Shown here one piece after another: positions 50,801-64,000 of a DNA stretch of 64,000 nucleotides; the first letter of the stretch is position 1, and each line of letters begins with the position of its first letter. The notes below the pieces were generated by a model, which was not told the DNA's origin, made no database searches, and saw only the letters and a program-made list of their open reading frames with translations. The stretch is from Leptogorgia sarmentosa (taxonomy: Eukaryota). Location: assembly GCA_964658305.1 (NCBI GenBank), contig OZ210885.1, forward strand, positions 14,694,001 through 14,758,000, written 5' to 3'. The position numbers and the translations under genes are program-made.

Positions 50801-53800
50801 CCAGGTGGTCACCCATCCAACTACTAACTTTGCCCACCTAGGCTTAACTTCGGTGATCAGACGAGAACCGGTATTTTCCTACTCGTACGGTTGTAGACAT
50901 TTGTTGATGGAAGTTACACTTTTTAAACGTGTAACAATAACAAAACCCTGAAGTTGAAATTGAAAGGAATTATATTTACAAATAGGCATTAAATAACATT
51001 TAGCAAAACAACAATACAAAGTATTTCCAGATGTAGCAATAACAAAATCCCTGAAGTTTACATTGAAAGCAAACCTATTTACAAACACACATACAATAAA
51101 ATGAAGCAAGTCTACAACACAAAGTATTCCCAGGTGGTCACCCATCCAAGGACTAACTTTGCCCACCTAGGCTTAACTTCGGTGATCAGACGAGAACCGG
51201 TATTTTCCTACTGGTATGGTCGTAGACATTTGTTGATGGAAGTTACACTTTTTAAACGTGTAACAATAACAAAACCCTGAAGTTGAAATTGAAAGCAAAC
51301 CTATTTAAAAACACACATACAATAAAATGAAGCAAATCTACAACACAAAGTATTCCCAGGTGGTCACCCATCCAAGTACTAACTTTTCCCAGCTAGGCTT
51401 AACTTCGGTGATCAGACGAGAACCGGTATTTTCCTAGTGGTATGGTCGTAGACATTTGTTGATGCAAGTTACACTTTTTAAACCTGTAACAATAACAAAA
51501 CCCTGAAGTTGAAATTGAAAGCAAACCTATTTACAAACACACATACAATAAAATGAAGCAAGTCTACAACACAAAGTATTCCCAGGTAGTCACCCATCCA
51601 AGTACTAACTTTGCCCACCTAGGCTTAACTTCGGTGATCAGACGAGAACCGGTATTTTCCTACTGGTATGGTCGTAGACATTTGTTGATGGAAGTTACAC
51701 TTTTTAAACGTGTAACAATAACAAAACCATGAAGTTGAAATTGAAAGGAATTATATTTACAAATAGGCATTAAATAACATTTAGCAAAACAACAATACAA
51801 AGTATTTCCAGATGTAGCAATAACAAAATCCCTGAAGTTTACATTGAAAGCAAACTTATTTACAAACACACATACAATAAAATGAAGCAAATCTACAACA
51901 CAAAGTATTCCCAGGTGGTCACCCATCCAAGTACTAACTTTTCCCACCTAGGCTTAACTTCGGTGATCAGACGAGAACCTGTATTTTCCTACTGGTATGG
52001 TCGTAGACATTTGTTGATGGAAGTTACACTTTTTAAACGTGTAACAATAACAAAACCCTGAAGTTGAAATTGAAAGCAAACCTATTTACAAACACACATA
52101 CAATAAAATGAAGCAAGTCTACAACACAAAGTATTCCCAGGTGGTCACCCATCCAAGTACTAACTTTTCCCACCTAGGCTTAACTTCGGTGATCAGACGA
52201 GAACCGGTATTTTCCTACTGGTATGGTCGTAGACATTTGTTGATGGAAGTTACACTTTTTAAACCTGTAACAATAACAAAACCCTGAAGTTGAAATTGAA
52301 AGCAAACCTATTTACAAACACACATACAATAAAATGAAGCAAGTCTACAACACAAAGTATTCCCAGGTGGTCACCCATCCAAGTACTAACTTTTCCCACC
52401 TAGGCCTAACTTCGGTGATCAGACAAGAACAGGTATTTTCCTACTGGTATGGTCGTAGACATTTGTTGATGGAAGTTACACTTTTTAAACGTGTAACAAT
52501 AACAAAACCCTGAAGTTGAAATTGAAAGCAAACCTATTTACAAACACACATACAATAAAATGAAGCAAGTCTACAACACAAAGTATTCCCAGGTGGTCAC
52601 CCATCCAAGCACTAACTTTTGCCACCTAGGCCTAACTTCGGTGATCAGACGAGTACCGGTATTTTCCCACTGGTATGGTCGTAGACATTTGTTGATGGAA
52701 GTTACACTTTTTAAACGTGTAACAATAACAAAACCCTGAAGTTGAAATTGAAAGCAAACCTATTTACAAACACACATACAATAAAATGAAGCAAGTCTAC
52801 AACACAAAGTATTCCCAGGTAGTCACCCATCCAAGTACTAACTTTGCCCACCTAGGCTTAACTTCGGTGATCAGACGAGAACCGGTATTTTCCTACTGGT
52901 ATGGTCGTAGACATTTGTTGATGGAAGTTACACTTTTTAAACGTGTAACAATAACAAAACCCTGAAGTTGAAATTGAAAGCAAACCTATTTACAAACACA
53001 CATACAATAAAATGAAGCAAGTCTACAACACAAAGTATTCCCAGGTGGTCACCCATCCAAGTACTACCTTTGCCCACCTAGGCTTAACTTCGGTGATCAG
53101 ACGAGAACCGGTAGTTTCCTACTCGTACGGTCGTAGACATTAGTTGATGGAAGTTACACTTTTTAAACGTGTAACAATAACAAAACCCTGAAGTTGAAAT
53201 TGAAAGGAATTATATTTACAAATAGGCATTAAATAACATTTAGCAAAACAACAATACAAAGTACTTCCAGATGTAGCAATAACAAAATCCCTGAAGTTTA
53301 CATTGAAAGCAAACCTATTTACAAAGACACATACAATAAAATGAAGCAAGTCTACAACACAAAGTATTCCCAGGTGGTCACCCATCCAAGTACTAACTTT
53401 TCCCACCTAGGCCTAACTTCGGTCATCAGACGAGAACCGGTATTTTCCTACTGGTATGGTCGTAGACATTTGTTGATGGAAGTTACACTTTTTAAACGTG
53501 TAACAATAACAAAACCCTGAAGTTGAAATTGCAAGCAAACCTATTTACAAACACACATACAATAAAATGAAGCAAGTCTACAACACAAAGTATTCCCAGG
53601 TAGTCACCCATCCAAGTACTAACTTTGCCCACCTAGGCTTAACTTCGGTGATCAGACGAGAACCGGTATTTTCCTACTGGTATGGTCGTAGACATTTGTT
53701 GATGGAAGTTACACTTTTTAAACGTGTAACAATAACAAAACCCTGAATTTGAAATTGAAAGCAAACCTATTTACAAACACACATACAATAAAATGAAGCA

Positions 53801-56800
53801 AGTCTACAACACAAAGTATTCCCAGGTAGTCACCCATCCAAGTAAAAACTTTGCCCACCTAGGCTTAACTTCGGTGATCAGACGAGAACCGGTATTTTCC
53901 TACTGGTATGGTCGTAGACATTTGTTGATGGAAGTTACACTTTTTAAACGTGTAACAATAACAAAACCCTGGAGTTGAAATTGCAAGCAAACCTATTTAC
54001 AAACACACATACAATAAAATGAAGCAAGTCTACAACACAAAGTATTCCCAGGTAGTCACCCATCCAAGTACTAACTTTGCCCACCTAGGCTTAACTTCGG
54101 TGATCAGACGAGAACCGGTATTTTCCTACTGGTATGGTCGTAGACATTTGTTGATGGAAGTTACACTTTTTAAACGTGTAACAATAACAAAACCCTGAAG
54201 TTGAAATTGAAAGCAAACCTATTTACAAACACACATACAATAAAATGAAGCAAGTCTACAACACAAAGTATTCCCAGGTAGTCACCCATCCAAGTACAAA
54301 CTTTGCCCACCTAGGCTTAACTTCGGTGATCAGACGAGAACCGGTATTTTCCTACTGGTATGGTCGTAGACATTTGTTGATGGAAGTTACACTTTTTAAA
54401 CGTGTAACAATAACAAAACCCTGGAGTTGAAATTGAAAGCAAACCTATTTACAAACACACATACAATAAAATGAAGCAAGTCTACAACACAAAGTATTCC
54501 CAGGTGGTCACCCATCCAAGTACTAACTTTTCCCCCCTAGGCCTAACTTCGGTGATCAGACAAGAACCGGTATTTTCCTACTGGTATGGTCGTAGACATT
54601 TGTTGATGGAAGTTACACTTTTTAAACGTGTAACAATAACAAAACCCTGAAGTTGAAATTGAAAGGAATTATATTTACAAATAGGCATTAAATAACATTC
54701 AGGAAAACAACAATACAAAGTATTTCCAGATGTAGCAATAACAAAATCCCTGAAGTTTACATTGAAAGCAAACCTATTTACAAACACACATACAATAAAA
54801 TCAAGCAAGTCTACAACACAAAGTATTCCCAGGTGGTCACCCATCCAAGTACTAACTTTGCCCACCTAGGCTTAACTTCGGTGATCAGACGAGAACCGGT
54901 ATTTTCCTACTGGTATGGTCGGAGACATTTGTTGATGGAAGTTACACTTTTTAAACGTGTAACAATAACAAAACCCTGAAGTTGAAATTGAAAGCAAACC
55001 TATTTACAAACACACATACAATAAAATGAAGCAAGTCTACAACACAAAGTATTCCCAGGTGGTCACCCATCCAACTACTAACTTTGCCCACCTAGGCTTA
55101 ACTTTGGTGATCAGACGAGAACCGGTATTTTCCTACTCGTATGGTCGGAGACATCTGTTGATGGAAGTTACACTTTTTAAACGTGTAACAATAACAAAAC
55201 CCTGAAGTTGAAATTGAAAGCAAACCTATTTACAAACACACATACAATAAAATGAAGCAAGTCTACAACACAAAGTATTCCCAGGTGGTCACCCATCCAA
55301 CTACTAACTTTGCCCACCTAGGCTTAACTTTGGTGATCAGACGAGAACCGGTATTTTCCTACTCGTATGGTCGGAGACATCTGTTGATGGAAGTTACACT
55401 TTTTAAACGTGTAACAATAACAAAACCCTGAAGTTGACATTGAAAGCAAACCTATTTACAAACACACATACAATAAAATGAAGCAAGTCTACAACACAAA
55501 GTATTCCCAGGTGGTCACCCATCCAACTACTAACTTTGCCCACCTAGGCTTAACTTTGGTGATCAGACGAGAACCGGTATTTTCCTACTCGTACGGTCGT
55601 AGACATCTGTTGATGCAAGTTACACTTTTTAAATGTGTAACAATAACAAAACCCTGAAGTTGAAATTGAAAGGAATTATATTTACAAATAGGCATTAAAT
55701 AACATTCAGGAAAGCAACAATACAAAGTATTTCCAGATGTAGCAATAACAAAATCCCTGAAGTTTACATTGAAAGCAAACCTATTTACAAACACACATAC
55801 AATAAAATGAAGCAAGTCTACAACACAAAGTATTCCCAGGTGGTCACCCATCCAAGTACTAACTTTGCCCACCTAGGCCTAACTTCGGTGATCAGACAAG
55901 AACCGGTATTTTAACTACTGGTATGGTCGTAGACATTTGTTGATGGAAGTTACACTTTTTAAACGTGTAACAATAACAAAACCCTGAAGTTGAAATTGAA
56001 AGCAAACCTATTTACAAACACACATACAATAAAATGAAGCAAGTCTACAACACAAAGTATTCCCAGGTGGTCACCCATCCAAGTACTAACTTTTCCCGCC
56101 TAGGCTTAACTTCGGTGATCAGACGAGAACCGGTATTTTCCCACTTGTATGGTCGTAGACATTTCTTGATGGAAGTTACACTTTTTAAACGTGTAACAAT
56201 AACAAAACCCTGAAGTTGAAATTGAAAACAAACCTATTTACAAACACACATACAATAAAATGAAGCAAGTCTACAACACAAAGTATTCCCAGGTAGTCAC
56301 CCATCCAAGTACTAACTTTGCCCACCTAGGCTTAACTTCGGTGATCAGACGAGAACCGGTATTTTCCTACTGGTATGGTCGTAGACATTTGTTGATGGAA
56401 GTTACACTTTTTAAACGTGTAACAATAACAAAACCCTGAAGTTGAAATTGAAAGCAAACCTATTTACAAACACACATACAATAAAATGAAGCAAGTCTAC
56501 AACACAAAGTATTCCCAGGTAGTCACCCATCCAAGTACTAACTTTGCCCACCTAGGCTTAACTTCGGTGATCAGACGAGAACCGGTATTTTCCTACTGGT
56601 ATGGTCGTAGACATTTGTTGATGGAAGTTACACTTTTTAAACGTGTAACAATAACAAAACCCTGAAGTTGAAATTGAAAGCAAACCTATTTACAAACACA
56701 CATACAATAAAATGAAGCAAGTCTACAACACAAAGTATTCCCAGGTAGTCACCCATCCAAGTACTAACTTTGCCCACCTAGGCTTAACTTCGGTGATCAG

Positions 56801-59800
56801 ACGAGAACCGGTATTTTCCAACTGGTATGGTCGTAGACATTTGTTGATGGAAGTTTTACTTTTTAAACGTGTAACAATAACAAAACCCTGAAGTTGAAAT
56901 TGAAAGCAAACCTATTTACAAACACACATACAATAAAATGAAGCAAGTCTACAACACAAAGTATTCCCAGGTGGTCACCCATCCAACTACTAACTTTGCC
57001 CACCTAGGCTTAACTTCGGTGATCAGACGAGAACCGGTATTTTCCTACTCGTACGGACGTAGACGTCTGTTGATGCAAGTTACACTTTTTAAAAGTGTAA
57101 CAATAACAAAACCCTGAAGTTGAAATTGAAAGGAATTATATTTACAAATAGGCATTAAATAACATTTAGGAAAACAACAATACAAAGTATTTCCAGATGT
57201 AGCAATAACAAAATCCCTGAAGTTTACATTGAAAGCAAACCTATTTACAAACACACATACAATAAAATGAAGCAAGTCTACAACACAAAGTATTCCCAGG
57301 TAGTCACCCATCCAAGTACTAACTTTGCCCACCTAGGCTTTACTTCGGTGATCAGACGAGAACCGGTATTTTCCTACTGGTATGGTCGTAGACATTTGTT
57401 GATGGAAGTTACACTTTTTAAACGTGTAACAATAACAAAACCCTGAAGTTGAAATTGAAAGGAATTATATTTACAAATAGGCATTAAATAACATTTAGCA
57501 AAACAACAATACAAAGTATTTCTAGATGTAGCAATAACAAAATCCCTGAAGTTTACATTGAAAGCAAACCTATTTACAAACACACATACAATAAAATGAA
57601 GCAAGTCTACAACACAAAGTATTCCCAGGTGGTCACCCATCCAAGTACTAACATTGCCCACCTAGGCTTAACTTCGGTGATCAGACGAGAACCGGTATTT
57701 TCCTACTGGTATGGTTGTAGACATTTGTTGATGGAAGTTACACTTTTTAAACGTGTAACAATAACAAAACCCTGAATTTGAAATTGAAAGCAAACCTATT
57801 TACAAACACACATACAATAAAATGAAGCAAGTCTACAACACAAAGTATTCCCAGGTAGTCACCCATCCAAGTACTAACTTTGCCCACCTAGGCTTAACTT
57901 CGGTGATCAGACGAGAACAGGTATTTTCCTACTGGTATGGTCGTAGACATTTGTTGATGGAAGTTACACTTTTTAAACGTGTAACAATAACAAAACCCTG
58001 AAGTTGAAATTGAAAGCAAACCTATTTACAAACACACATACAATAAAATGAAGCAAGTCTACAACACAAAGTATTCCCAGGTGGTCACCCATCCAAGTAC
58101 TAACTTTTCCCACCTAGGCCTAACTTCGGTGATCAGACGAGAACCGGTATTTTCCTACTGGTATGGTCGTAGACATTTGTTGATGGAAGTTACACTTTTT
58201 AAACGTGTAACAATAACAAAACCCTGAAGTTGAAATTGCAAGCAAACCTATTTACAAACACACATACAATAAAATGAAGCAAGTCTACAACACAAAGTAT
58301 TCCCAGGTAGTCACCCATCCAAGTACTAACTTTGCCCACCTAGGCTTAACTTCGGTGATCAGACGAGAACCGGTATTTTCCTACTGGTATGGTCGTAGAC
58401 ATTTGTTGATGGAAGTTACACTTTTTAAACGTGTAACAATAACAAAACCCTGAAGTTGAAATTGAAAGCAAACCTATTTACAAACACACATACAATAAAA
58501 TGAAGCAAGTCTACAACACAAAGTATTCCCAGGTAGTCACCCATCCAAGTACAAACTTTGCCACCTAGGCTTAACTTCGGTGATCAGACGAGAACCGGTA
58601 TTTTCCTACTGGTATGGTCGTAGACATTTGTTGATGGAAGTTACACTTTTTAAACGTGTAACAATAACAAAACCCTGGAGTTGAAATTGAAAGCAAACCT
58701 ATTTACAAACACACATACAATAAAATGAAGCAAGTCTACAACACAAAGTATTCCCAGATGGTCACCCATCCAAGTACTAACTTTTCCCACCTAGGCCTAA
58801 CTTCGGTGATCAGACAAGAACCGGTATTTTCCTACTGGTATGGTCGTAGACATTTGTTGATGGAAGTTACACTTTTTAAACGTGTAACAATAACAAAACC
58901 CTGAAGTTGAAATTGAAAGGAATTATATTTACAAATAGGCATTAAATAACATTCAGGAAAACAACAATACAAAGTATTTCCAGATGTAGTAATAACAAAA
59001 TCCCTGAAGTTTACATTGAAAGCAAACCTATTTACAAACACACATACAATAAAATGAAGCAAGTCTACAACACAAAGTATTCCCAGGTGGTCACCCATCC
59101 AAGTACTAACTTTGCCCACCTAGGCTTAACTTCGGTGATCAGACGAGAACCGGTATTTTCCTACTGGTATGGTCGGAGACATTTGTTGATGGAAGTTACA
59201 CTTTTTAAACGTGTAACAATAACAAAACCCTGAAGTTGAAATTGAAAGCAAACCTATTTACAAACACACATACAATAAAATGAAGCAAGTCTACAACACA
59301 AAGTATTCCCAGGTGGTCACCCATCCAACTACTAACTTTGCCCACCTAGGCTTAACTTTGGTGAACAGACGAGAACCGGTATTTTCCTACTCGTATGGTC
59401 GGAGACATCTGTTGATGGAAGTTACACTTTTTAAACGTGTAACAATAACAAAACCCTGAAGTTGAAATTGAAAGCAAACCTATTTACAAACACACATACA
59501 ATAAAATGAAGCAAGTCTACAACACAAAGTATTCCCAGGTGGTCACCCATCCAACTACTAACTTTGCCCACCTAGGCTTAACTTTGGTGATCAGACGAGA
59601 ACCGGTATTTTCCTACTCGTATGGTCAGAGACATCTGTTGATGGAAGTTACACTTTTTAAACGTGTAACAATAACAAAACCCTGAAGTTGACATTGAAAG
59701 CAAACCTATTTACAAACACACATACAATAAAATGAAGCAAGTCTACAACACAAAGTATTCCCAGGTGGTCACCCATCCAACTACTAACTTTGCCCACCTA

Positions 59801-59858
59801 GGCTTAACTTTGGTGATCAGACGAGAACCGGTATTTTCCTACTCGTACGGTCGTAGAC
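26803..59858 (-). rRNA. 5S rRNA: 5S rRNA gene cluster, segment 4
   Basis: 5S units between insert copy 3 and the TIR transposon. Confidence 0.95.
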
Positions 59859-60003
59859 ATCTGTTGATGCAAGTTACACTTTTTAAATGTGTAACAATAA
59901 CAAAACCCTGAAGTTGAAATTGAAAGGAATTATATTTACAAATAGGCATTAAATAACATTCAGGAAAACAACAATACAAAGTATTTCCAGATGTAGCAAT
60001 AAC

Positions 60004-61296
60004 AACAGGTGGGAAATTTGTCGGCGCTGACCAAAAAATCGCGGGCACATTGTGTTTACATTCCAAAACATGGCAGAAAGTTAGCAAACGACTGTTTTAG
60101 CTGACGAATTTTTGCTTTTTATTCAAATGATGTCCAACTTAGTGGTTAATATTTTAAAATCGATCATGAATTCCTTGTTTTGCGGTGGTTTTTTTTGCAA
60201 TCGAGTGCGTGGAAGAAGTAAATATGGCGACGTTAAAATAGGAGTAAAATGAGTGGCAAATACCGTAAATGTCGAGATGTGGCTTGTTTAAACCGTAATC
60301 AACGAGGAAAACGTGCTATGAGAATGAAATGAAAGTTGAAATTATTCTTTTTATTTCTCAAATTTCCCATAATTTGTTTGTTAGTGTAACTTGTGCGATT
60401 TATACTCGAAGTACTAGCTCGCGAAATTTGACGAATTTTGAAAAGTTGTGAAAATAGCTTCACTTTGAACTGTATTTTTGTAAAAATCGCCGGTGGCCTC
60501 AATTTCAAATATAGCTAAATGAAAAGAAACACTTCTTTGGCGTTTAGTGGTACCAAACTTATCAACAGGAAAATAGGGCCTCATGATGTTTTAGTTAAGT
60601 GTTTGAGACCCACTTGCTTCACACGTGTTGTGGTCAAATTCTGGCCAAGAATGAAAGACCCAAAAGTGAATTTACATCATCAAATCTGCTTCGAGAAAGG
60701 TCTAGTTTAAAAATATAGCTTTTAATTTAGATTTCGTGAGCATAATTTGGTTAGAAATGAAATATTTTTGTATTTGATAAGACTCAAAATTTTGTGTTTA
60801 TTCAAGTCAGGTTTCAGTGTAATTATAATGATAACCGGCAATGAAATGAAGATATTTCAAAAACTGGCGGTGGCCTCACGATGAAACTTTCCAAAAATAC
60901 TCTCCACTTCATGTATTTTCTTGTGATACTTTACTTGTAAGCGTCAAAATAGGGCCTTGAACAGGTCCGGGGTTTATATTCTAGCCTTCGGTAGAAATGA
61001 AATCTCACGCCTCATCACAAGTTATTTTGCTCCGCCGTGATTTGTGCTCTGTCGCTGATATTTAAACCTTTACGACATAAATATTGTCATCCTCGTTACG
61101 ATACGAACATTTCACAGAAAATTCTAATTATTGCAGATTAACTTGTGACTGTAAACAGTGGGTAGAAGTATGCCATTCAGAATCGACACAAGATTTGTTT
61201 TGATTGTTCGTGAAATGTACATTTCTTCTTCCCGCAAAATACACGCACGTCTCGTGGGGATTTCCCGCGCATGCGCAGTCAATTTTCCCACCTGTT
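60004..61296. mobile_element. 1293-bp non-autonomous TIR DNA transposon (Mutator/MULE-like by TSD length)
   Basis: TIR AACAGGTGGGAAA (13 bp perfect, 21/24 extended). TSD AGCAATAAC at 59995-60003 and 61297-61305 (or 11-bp TAGCAATAACA if the termini are ACAGG). No transposase ORF. Confidence 0.9.
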
Positions 61297-61369
61297 AGCA
61301 ATAACAAAATCCCTGAAGTTTACATTGAAAGCAAACCTATTTACAAACACACATACAATAAAATGAAGC

Positions 61370-64000
61370 AAGTCTACAACACAAAGTATTCCCAGGTGGT
61401 CACCCATCCAAGTACTAACTTTGCCCACCTAGGCCTAACTTCGGTGATCAGACAAGAACCGGTATTTTCCTACTGGTATGGTCGTAGACATTTGTTGATG
61501 GAAGTTACACTTTTTAAACGTGTAACAATAACAAAACCCTGAAGTTGAAATTGAAAGCAAACCTATTTACAAACACACATACAATAAAATGAAGCAAGTC
61601 TACAACACAAAGTATTCCCAGGTAGTCACCCATCCAAGTACTAACTTTTCCCGCCTAGGCTTAACTTCGGTGATCAGACGAGAACCGGTATTTTCCCACT
61701 TGTATGGTCGTAGACATTTCTTGATGGAAGTTACACTTTTTAAACGTGTAACAATAACAAAACCCTGAAGTTGAAATTGAAAACAAACCTATTTACAAAC
61801 ACACATACAGTAAAATGAAGCAAGTCTACAACACAAAGTATTCCCAGGTAGTCACCCATCCAAGTACTAACTTTGCCCACCTAGGCTTAACTTCGGTGAT
61901 CAGACGAGAACCGGTATTTTCCTACTGGTATGGTCGTAGACATTTGTTGATGGAAGTTACACTTTTTAAACGTGTAACAATAACAAAACCCTGAAGTTGA
62001 AATTGAAAGCAAACCTACTTACAAACACACATACAACAAAATGAAGCAAGTCTACAACACAAAGTATTCCCAGGTGGTCACCCATCCAAGTACTAACTTT
62101 GCCCACCTAGGCTTAACTTCGGTGATCAGACGAGAAGCGGTATTTTCCTACTGGTATGGTCGTAGACATTTGTTGATGGAAGTTACACTTTTTAAACGTG
62201 TAACAATAACAAAACCCTGAAGTTGAAATTGAAAGCAAACCTATTTACAAACACACATACAATAAAATGAAGCAAGTCTACAACACAAAGTATTCCCAGG
62301 TAGTCACCCATCCAAGTACTAACTTTGCCCACCTAGGCTTAACTTCGGTGATCAGACAAGAACCGGTATTTTCCTACTGGTATGGTCGTAGACATTTGTT
62401 GATGGAAGTTACACTTTTTAAACGTGTAACAATAACAAAACCCTGAAGTTGAAATTGAAAGCAAACCTACTTACAAACACACATACAACAAAATGAAGCA
62501 AGTCTACAACACAAAGTATTCCCAGGTGGTCACCCATCCAAGTACTAACTTTGCCCACCTAGGCTTAACTTCGGTGATCAGACGAGAAGCGGTATTTTCC
62601 TACTGGTATGGTCGTAGACATTTGTTGATGGAAGTTACACTTTTTAAACGTGTAACAATAATAAAACCCTGAAGTTGAAATTGAAAGCAAACCTATTTAC
62701 AAACACACATACAATAAAATGAAGCAAGTCTACCACACAAAGTATTCCCAGGTGGTCACCCATCCAAGTACTAACTTTTCCCACCTAGGCTTAACTTCAG
62801 TGATCAGACGAGAACCGGTATTTTCCTACTGGTATGGTCGTAGACATTTGTTGATGGAAGTTACACTTTTTAAACGTGTAACAATAACAAAACCATGAAG
62901 TTGAAATTGAAAGGAATTATATTTACAAACACACATACAATAAAGCAAGTCTACAACACAAAGTATTCCCAGGTAGTCACCCATCCAAGTACTAACTTTG
63001 CCCACCTAGGCTTAACTTCGGTGATCAGACGAGAACCGGTATTTTCCTACTGGTATCGTCTTGGCATTTGTTGATGGAAGTAACACTTTTTAAACGTGTA
63101 ACAATAACAAAACCCTGAAGTTGAAATTGAAAGCAAACCTATTTGCAAACACACATACAATAAAATGAAGCAAGTCTACAACACAAAGCATTCCCAGGTG
63201 GTCACCCATCCAAGTACTAACTTTGCCCACCTAGGCTTAACTTCGGTGATCACACGAGAACCGGTATATTCCTACACGTACGGTCGTAGACATTTGTTGA
63301 TGGAAGTTACACTTTTTAAACGTGTAACAATAACAAAACCCTGAAGTTGAAATTGAAAGGAATTATATTTACAAATAGGCATTAAATAACATTTAGCAAA
63401 ACAACAATACAAAGTATTTCCAGATGTAGCAATAACAAAATCCCTGAAGTTTACATTGAAAGCAAACCTATTTACAAACACACATACAATAAAATGAAGC
63501 AAGTCTACAACACAAAGTATTCCCAGGTGGTCACCCATCCAAGTACTAACTTTGCCCACCTAGGCTTAACTTCGGTGATCAAACGAGAACCGGTATTTTC
63601 CTACTGGTATGGTCGTAGACATTTGGTGATGGAAGTTACACTTTTTAAACGTGTAACAATAACAAAACCCTGAAGTTGAAATTCAAAGGAAACCTATTTA
63701 AAAACACACATACAATAAAATGAAGCAAATCTACAACACAAAGTATTCCCAGGTGGTCACCCATCCAAGTACTAACTTTTCCCACCTAGGGCTTAACTTC
63801 GGTGATCAGACGAGAACCAGTATTTTCCTAGTGGTATGGTCGTAGACATTTGTTGATGGAAGTTACACTTTTTAAACGTGTAACAATAACAAAACCCTGA
63901 AGTTGAAATTGAAAGGAATTATATTTACAAACACACATACAATAAAATGAAGCAAGTCTACAACACAAAGTATTGCCAGGTAGTCACCCATCCAAGTACT
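61370..64000 (-). rRNA. 5S rRNA: 5S rRNA gene cluster, segment 5 (last copy cut by window edge)
   Basis: 5S units after the TIR transposon. Confidence 0.95.

Larger units (their letters stand above)
1..64000 (-). repeat. 5S rDNA tandem array (226-bp and 329-bp units, ~245 copies, head-to-tail, all on minus strand)
   Basis: Continuous 226-bp periodicity (genes at 17..136, 243..362 and onward), with 329-bp variants (e.g. ORF-marked units at 4393 and 4722). The array runs off both window ends. Confidence 0.98.

Noticed and set aside
59839..61542. Short ORFs in or across the TIR element
   Set aside because: They are short or chimeric with the 5S repeat and have no DDE features.
1249..63559. About 48 repeated ~95-aa minus-strand ORFs (MGKVSTWMGDHLG...)
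   Set aside because: They begin inside a 5S gene, mostly at GTG, and run through the long spacer. They are a reading-frame by-product of the 329-bp unit.
1..64000. CRISPR-like interpretation of the periodic repeat
   Set aside because: Spacers are near-identical rather than unique, the repeat is a eukaryotic 5S gene, and there are no cas genes.

Overview
This window is almost entirely a eukaryotic (animal-type) 5S rDNA tandem array. It holds roughly 245 copies (estimated from unit lengths, not counted) of a 120-nt 5S rRNA gene on the minus strand. There are two unit sizes: 226 bp, and 329 bp (about 48 copies). The extra 103 bp of the long unit is a decayed, internally deleted unit that still carries a 5S 3' remnant. 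The 5S sequence is a divergent isoform with compensatory base pairs, and it shows strong copy-to-copy variation organised in kb-scale higher-order repeats. Two unrelated inserts interrupt the array. (1) A 748-bp element without TIRs, flanked by CCT/CCT and present three times at the same spacer site (7613, 19885, 26021). It contains a GC-rich, highly foldable ~280-nt domain ending in TTTT, a (GGGT)4 motif and a terminal 11-6-11 palindrome, and I cannot assign it to a known family. (2) A single 1293-bp non-autonomous TIR DNA transposon with a 9-bp TSD (60004-61296). I found no credible protein-coding genes; the repeated ORFs are by-products of the repeat.
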